From: Polymyxa betae A26-41
Lineage: Eukaryota; Protista; Endomyxa: Phytomyxea
DNA: 52,845 bases
Direction: 5' to 3'
NCBI GenBank assembly: GCA_003693705.1
Contig: RBZT01000850.1
Coordinates: 1-52,845 of the forward strand
Made by a program: the position numbers and the translations under genes. The notes under the pieces are model-generated. The model saw only the letters and a list, made by a program, of their open reading frames with translations. It was not told the DNA's origin and ran no database searches. This document shows positions 47,433-52,845 of the stretch, one piece after another (the stretch's first letter is position 1; each line of letters begins with the position of its first letter).

Positions 47433-50400
47433 CAAACACAGGCTGCGGCACCGTCGACGCCGTCGTACACGCCCTCGCCCTCGTCCGCCGTGCCGCACTA
47501 CGTCCCATTGGGTAACTGCTGGAACCATTTCCTGCGCAATCCGACCTGTCACTGCTCCGAGCCGCATCGTCCAGTGCCGCCGCCCCAGGTCGTACCGCCC
47601 CCGGACGCCAATAGTGCATCGGCAACCCCGGGCGTGACGTCGTCTGGCGGTTCCGTCCGCGAGCTGGACTGCGACGGCGCCGAATGCGAATCGTGCTCGA
47701 GTCCGGCGTCGTTGCCGCCCGTCATCACGGTCTGCGATCACAGCATGTAACGTTACCTGTAGAGTTGGTCATTGTCGCGACCTCCTGAAACGTAAACATG
47801 CAGGATCGATTCCGTGGCGACTCGCACTGAGATCTCCGAATCTGAACCTGATCTGGCTGATTCGGAAACTGTGGATGTTGCCGTTGATGACGTCCCGGTG
47901 ACGACGTCATCGTCGGCCGAGACGGAACTTCATTCAGATGCGCCCGAAGACGTCGCCTGCATTGTCGGAGAAACCTTTCAATCTGAACCGGATTTGTTCG
48001 AAGTTGAATCCGTTGAAGTTGCGGAAGCACCGATCGCGGCGTCATCATCTGCCGAGCCCGATCTTCATCCAGATGCGCCCGAAGACGTCCCCTTCATCAT
48101 CCCAGAAACCACCAAATCCGAACCTGATTTGATCGACGCTGAATCCGTCGACGACGCCGTTGACGAAGCCCCGATAGCGGCACCCGAACCCGAGCGGCAT
48201 CACTTCGACGACGCCGTTGACGAAGTCCCGATAGCGGCGCCCGAACCCGAGCATCATCACAATGAAGACATCGTTGACATCGACCTGTAACGTAACCTGG
48301 TCCTGCATGTCCTCGATCACCTGATTGTTACATAGTTCTGTTATCTGTGAGGAGAGTCCGATGCTGTCGATGATAAAAGGTCCGGATGAGTTCCATCTGG
48401 TGACTGGGTCCAGATCGGTCCAATCCGAAGGCCGCGCTTGTCCGGATCCCGTCCACGAATTCAACCGATTCGCCGCTCTCGACCTCGTCCAGGTCCCGGA
48501 CTCCTCCGTCCCAGCAGCAACGACCTCGATCCCGATCATGAACGCCGTTCAACCAGCATCGAAAACGTTGCCGAAATCCAAGAAAAAACCGAAAGTTCGT
48601 ACTGGCCCTTTCCGTACCCGGATCGCTGAAAATTGAATATTTCTATTTAGAAGAAGAAGCGTGGCCACGGCAATGTCCGTCCATCGAGCAGCTCTGCAGC
48701 TGTGCCGGAGACGATGGCGAAGGAGGACGGCAGCGACGACGACGCCGTCGTCATCAAAGACGCGACGACGCCGGGCCCCGATGATCAGGACGCCCGCGAC
48801 CCGCGCCTGGCCCGCTCGCGCCCCGCCGTCGACACCCTATTCAATCGCATTCGTCGCACCGGCAATGTCGTACTGGCCCGCGCCCGACCGCCCCTTCGGT
48901 ATTCGTCGTCTCCTGACTGTCCTCGTAGGAGCCGATCTCCGACCTGCAACGCGTCCTGCTCGACCTGTACCGGGCTCGCCTCGCCAGTACGCCTAGGGTT
49001 TTAGGGTTTCGTTACTGCTCTCTGAAGGTTGTTGTTGTTGTTGTTGCGCAGAGCTGCCGGAGGAGACGGCGTCGCAGGATCCGGACGCGGCCGTGTACGA
49101 GAACCTGGTTCGTCTGCGGCGTTCTTTGCGCGAATTCGGCCACGATGGACGCGATCTGGCCGACGCCTTCAACAACGACGCCCTCGTCTCGATGCAGGAC
49201 GCGCTGGATCGATTCGCGGCCTCCTTCGCCGACCCGGATGCCGTCGACACCGTCTGCACGACGTCGGCGCGATCGATCTACGACTTGTTGGATATCGTTC
49301 GGGAGTCGTTCATGATGCGTTCGCCGCACTACCGAATGTCGCTGGGGGAGAACTGGCCCATCACGGAGGCCGCCACGGCGTTGGAGGCGGCCACGTTCCA
49401 GATCGGATTGATCACGTCGGTTTTACGTTGCCAGCTGCAGAAGGAAAGCGACGACGTTTCGGTCGGCGATTTCGTCACGATCGCCAGCGACGCGATGCGG
49501 ATCTCGGCGATCGGGGAGGCGTCGCAGGCGTTGATTCTGCTGGATGACGATCTGCGCGAGGCCGTCGTTGAACATCTGCAACAACGTCTTGAGGTCGCTC
49601 GGGTCGATGAACGCCCTTACACGGTGTTCTTCAATTTTTTGAAAACGAACCATTTATCGCGAGTCGGTCCCGAGTCGGAACACGATCTGGTCCGATGATT
49701 CGCTATCAGATGAGATCAGATAGTGATGCTCTTTATAGGATTCGGAAGATCTCGCGCTGTTCAGCCAGGTTGATACAATGTCCAATGAATGCCGTGACTG
49801 TATGTAACCCATTTTCGGTGCCAATTTCACGGAATCTTTTTTAACATGTTTTTATCAGATAGTAGTTTAAACTTTTTCATTTGCTGATTTCAAACGCTTT
49901 CTGATTCGGTTTCTTTCTAGATCTGAAAAGTCCCGATCTTGCACTGCCCGCTGTTCGTCTCCCGCGTGCGGCGTCAAAGCTTTTGACGTCGCTGCATTCG
50001 CATCTCAACGAGATCGACGAGATCTTCGTCCGGCATCAGAACGAACTGCTCGACCGCGTCCAGGAACTGATCACCGAACGTCTCAAGGCCAAATACGACG
50101 CCTTCGCCGGCGAGCGCTTCGCCGACGTCGCCGTCGTCTTCCTCCGCAAAGCCGTCGAGCACGTTCAGGACATGAAGAGGAAGATCGCTCTGTCGCTAAC
50201 GTTCACGATGGGCCAACAACTCCGCCAGTTCTGCCAGCTGGCCAGTACGGCGCCGCTCGGGATCCACGTCACGGACGCCGGCCTGAAACGTTTCCTGAAA
50301 CCCGCCGTGGTCCTGAAATGCCAAGCGTTCATGATGGAGCATCAGAAGTCCAAGGCGGCCATGGGACTCCTCTTATCATGCATTATGGCGGCTGTGCCAT

Positions 50401-50501
50401 TTCATATCACCTATGATATACCGTGGCTCCTGTTTGAAAAGAATGTTGGTGGAAACGGAATCGGAAAACCTGCTGGACAGCCCGCGGATATTTTCGATTA
50501 A
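47433..50501 (+). CDS. GC-rich multi-exon orphan protein with acidic internal repeats (5' end probably in the N-gap)
   Basis: ORFs 47490, 47814, 48325, 48702, 49093 and 49983 are joined in phase by GT-AG introns (junctions HSM|IDSV, DL|SVIC, PK|KKKR, GN|EPIS, LAK|LPEE, SR|DSED, RDY|LKSP). No recognisable domain. Confidence 0.7.
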
Positions 50502-51145
50502 AAATTGTTGCCTTTTTATACACTTCCAAGTCCTGTTGCCAAATTATCCAATTTTTTTTACACATTTTTTGACTTTGAAATTGAAAACATTCTCGATTTT
50601 ACAGAGTAGATAACATGGCTCCTGTTTGGGAAGAAAGTTGGTGGAAACGGGATCGGGAANNNNNNNNNNNNNNNNNNNNNNNNNNNNNNNNNNNNNNNNN
50701 NNNNNNNNNNNNNNNNNNNNNNNNNNNNNNNNNNNNNNNNNNNNNNNNNNNNNNNNNNNNNNNNNNNNNNNNNNNNNNNNNNNNNNNNNNNNNNNNNNNN
50801 NNNNNNNNNNNNNTTCCCGATCCCGTTTCCACCAACATTCTTGTCGTTTCTGTTGTATTCAGTCTGAATTCCCGTAGGCAAAATATCCAATCATGTTTCA
50901 CAATTTTTTCACTTGAAAATTGGAAACATTCTCGATTTTGCAGAGTCGATAGCATGGCTCCTGTTCGGAAAGATATTGGTGGAAATGGAATTGGGAAACC
51001 TGCTGGCCAACAGCCCATGGAAACTGTAGATGAAAGTCAAAAATAGTTGCTGTTTTATGCGCTCTTAATTCCCGTAATCAAAATCTCCAATCTTTTAGAC
51101 ATTTTTGACTTGAAAATTGCAAAAATATTCTCGATTTTTCAGAGT
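50423..51145. repeat. Satellite-like repeat with direct and inverted units around an N-gap
   Basis: tggctcctgtt..gttggtggaaa.gg.at.gg.aa at about 50423, 50616 and 50955, with an inverted copy at 50814-50842. tttt.act..gaaa...attctcgatttt.cagagt at about 50565, 50905 and 51101. Confidence 0.85.
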
Positions 51146-52845
51146 GGTTTCTATTCAAGGTCAGAAATCGTCACTTTCCACTATCAAATAATCCAATCGC
51201 CATCCATTCCTGATGTCCTTCGGCATCCGTCCCCGCAGTCATACTGGCCCCGGGGGGCCGACCCCTTCCCCCAGTTTCGCATTCCAACATGCTCCAGGAT
51301 GGGGATGTTTCGGTTTTCTTTCCAGTTAACGCTTCGCGGCAATCGGATTCATCCAAAACGGTGAGATTCGGATAACTTTGAGATTACGTTTCTCGTTCGG
51401 TCGCTGCATGATCCGTTTTATGAATCTTTTCAAATACAAGTTTTGTTCAGCAAAAGAATCGCGTTTCTTTGTCTCTGATTCCGATCAATCCTTTGTTATT
51501 GAGATTTGATGTCGGTTTGGATTTCTGTTTCTCGTTTTAGAATTCGAGAGGATTTGGATGGCACTATTTGTTCGCATTTCTCGGCAAGGTGGGCGGCCCA
51601 GCTACCCCAATCCGGGGCCTGAACAGATGTTCCGGTTCTCATGATGAAATATTTCGGAGATAATTCATCCCATTTCATCGTAGTTCAGCCCTACAGAGGA
51701 TTTCAACATATCGACAGTGAAAGCAGCCACCCTGTTGGCCCAATCCTACAGGGAGCTGAACCCTAAACCCTAAAGAGGCTGTCGTTATCCCAGCGAGCTT
51801 TCTGAAAAATCGCGTCTATAAATCACAGCCATTCAACGCAGCTTTTTGTTGCAGGTTTTCCATGATTTGGCTCCAGAATGCGCGTCATTAAAAGTGAGTT
51901 TGCGGACCTGGGTGTATTGACTTCGGTATCTGCGTTTTTTCTGTTGTAGTTTTGCGCACTTTATTAATAGGTGTTGAACAGAAGTCGCGTTTGCAACAAA
52001 AGTTACGGCGTTGGAATGGATTGCGCTCCGGATATCCCTTAAACGGATTCGGTTTGATTTGTGACTAAGTAGAGCTACACCCTGATTCGTGGCAGATTTT
52101 CGGAAGCAGAACCAGTAGGAGCGGAGTACTGGGTCGTGCTGTGTCAGTCAGAGCTCGTTCGGCTGCGGCTGTTTTCGCGAATTTGAAACAATTCTACACT
52201 GATTCGCTCAAACAATTATACTTCCTCGGTTCGGAAATAAGCGAAAAAATTGGGAAAAACATTCGAGATATTTTTCATGAAACGTAACAGGAACGCAAAT
52301 TTGTTACCACCGGGTTGCTCTTATCATCAGCCTTCCAGAAATGAAATTTTTTATTCGTACTGGCCCTTCTATTCTGCCTATCTTGTCATCATACCAATAT
52401 CCAGCTACAAATCTCTATAAAATATTGAATAATTGTCGCACATCTTAGTGTTACAGCCCGCATTTGCCAGCGTTGAAAATGGTCGATGACGGCGTCGAAG
52501 ATGGACCTGTATACCATACAATGTTTGCAGCAGACCAAAGGCTCCCGCCACTGTTGATGAGTTGATTGGCGAAAGTAATTTCTGCATTCTAAGAAATGGA
52601 GCTTTAGAAATTGAAATTGGAAAATGTCAAGCGGAATTTTTTGAGGTTAGGGTAATTGGAGATCAACTGATATTGAGATCAACTGATATTGGCGCGTGCC
52701 AAGTATTCGTGAATCTTAAAACCTGCTACAACTTGCATGATTGAATTTGTTTTTTCATACACTCTCTTTTGGATACTTTTGTTCAGTCTACTTTGTTTGT
52801 CTTAGTCTGTCTCTTCACTGCCATAGTTATGAATGATGACTCTCA

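Noticed and set aside
46745-50890. ORFs containing X runs
   Set aside because: They span assembly N-gaps and are artefacts.
51150-52845. Possible decayed retroelement on the minus strand; 16-bp tandem duplication at 52659-52690
   Set aside because: Only a vague compositional resemblance with no RT or endonuclease motif; the duplication is trivial.

Overview
Eukaryotic nuclear DNA with short (about 45-60 nt) GT-AG introns, scaffold N-gaps and moderate GC. Intron size and gene content suggest a small-genome protist, possibly a plasmodiophorid; this is inference and cannot be proven here. The window has three zones. (1) 1-24 kb is a mobile-element and pseudogene graveyard. It holds a broken hAT transposase, a nearly intact CRE-clade (RT + restriction-like endonuclease) retrotransposon inserted in a (GA)n microsatellite, and a 904-bp TIR element with a 9-bp TSD. 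It also holds LINE remnants with (AATCC)n tails, a minisatellite-filled MITE-like insert, and a local array of at least 6 degenerate copies of an unknown gene, some ending in a transmembrane tail. (2) 24.8-38.2 kb is a compact block of intact genes: a spliced protein made of three ApiAP2-like domains behind a mitochondrial-type presequence, a TVP38/TMEM64 (VTT) protein, a PTC7-like PP2C, RRP40, two tandem secreted S1/P1 nucleases and an F-box protein. (3) 38-52.8 kb holds an F-box pseudogene, an IS630-Tc1-mariner fragment with a 46-bp tandem expansion, a GC-rich multi-exon orphan gene and a satellite-like repeat. The best leads are the presequence-bearing triple-AP2 protein, mostly invisible in the ORF track because of its introns, and the (GA)n-associated CRE element. 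All family assignments come from motif recognition by eye; no database searches were run.
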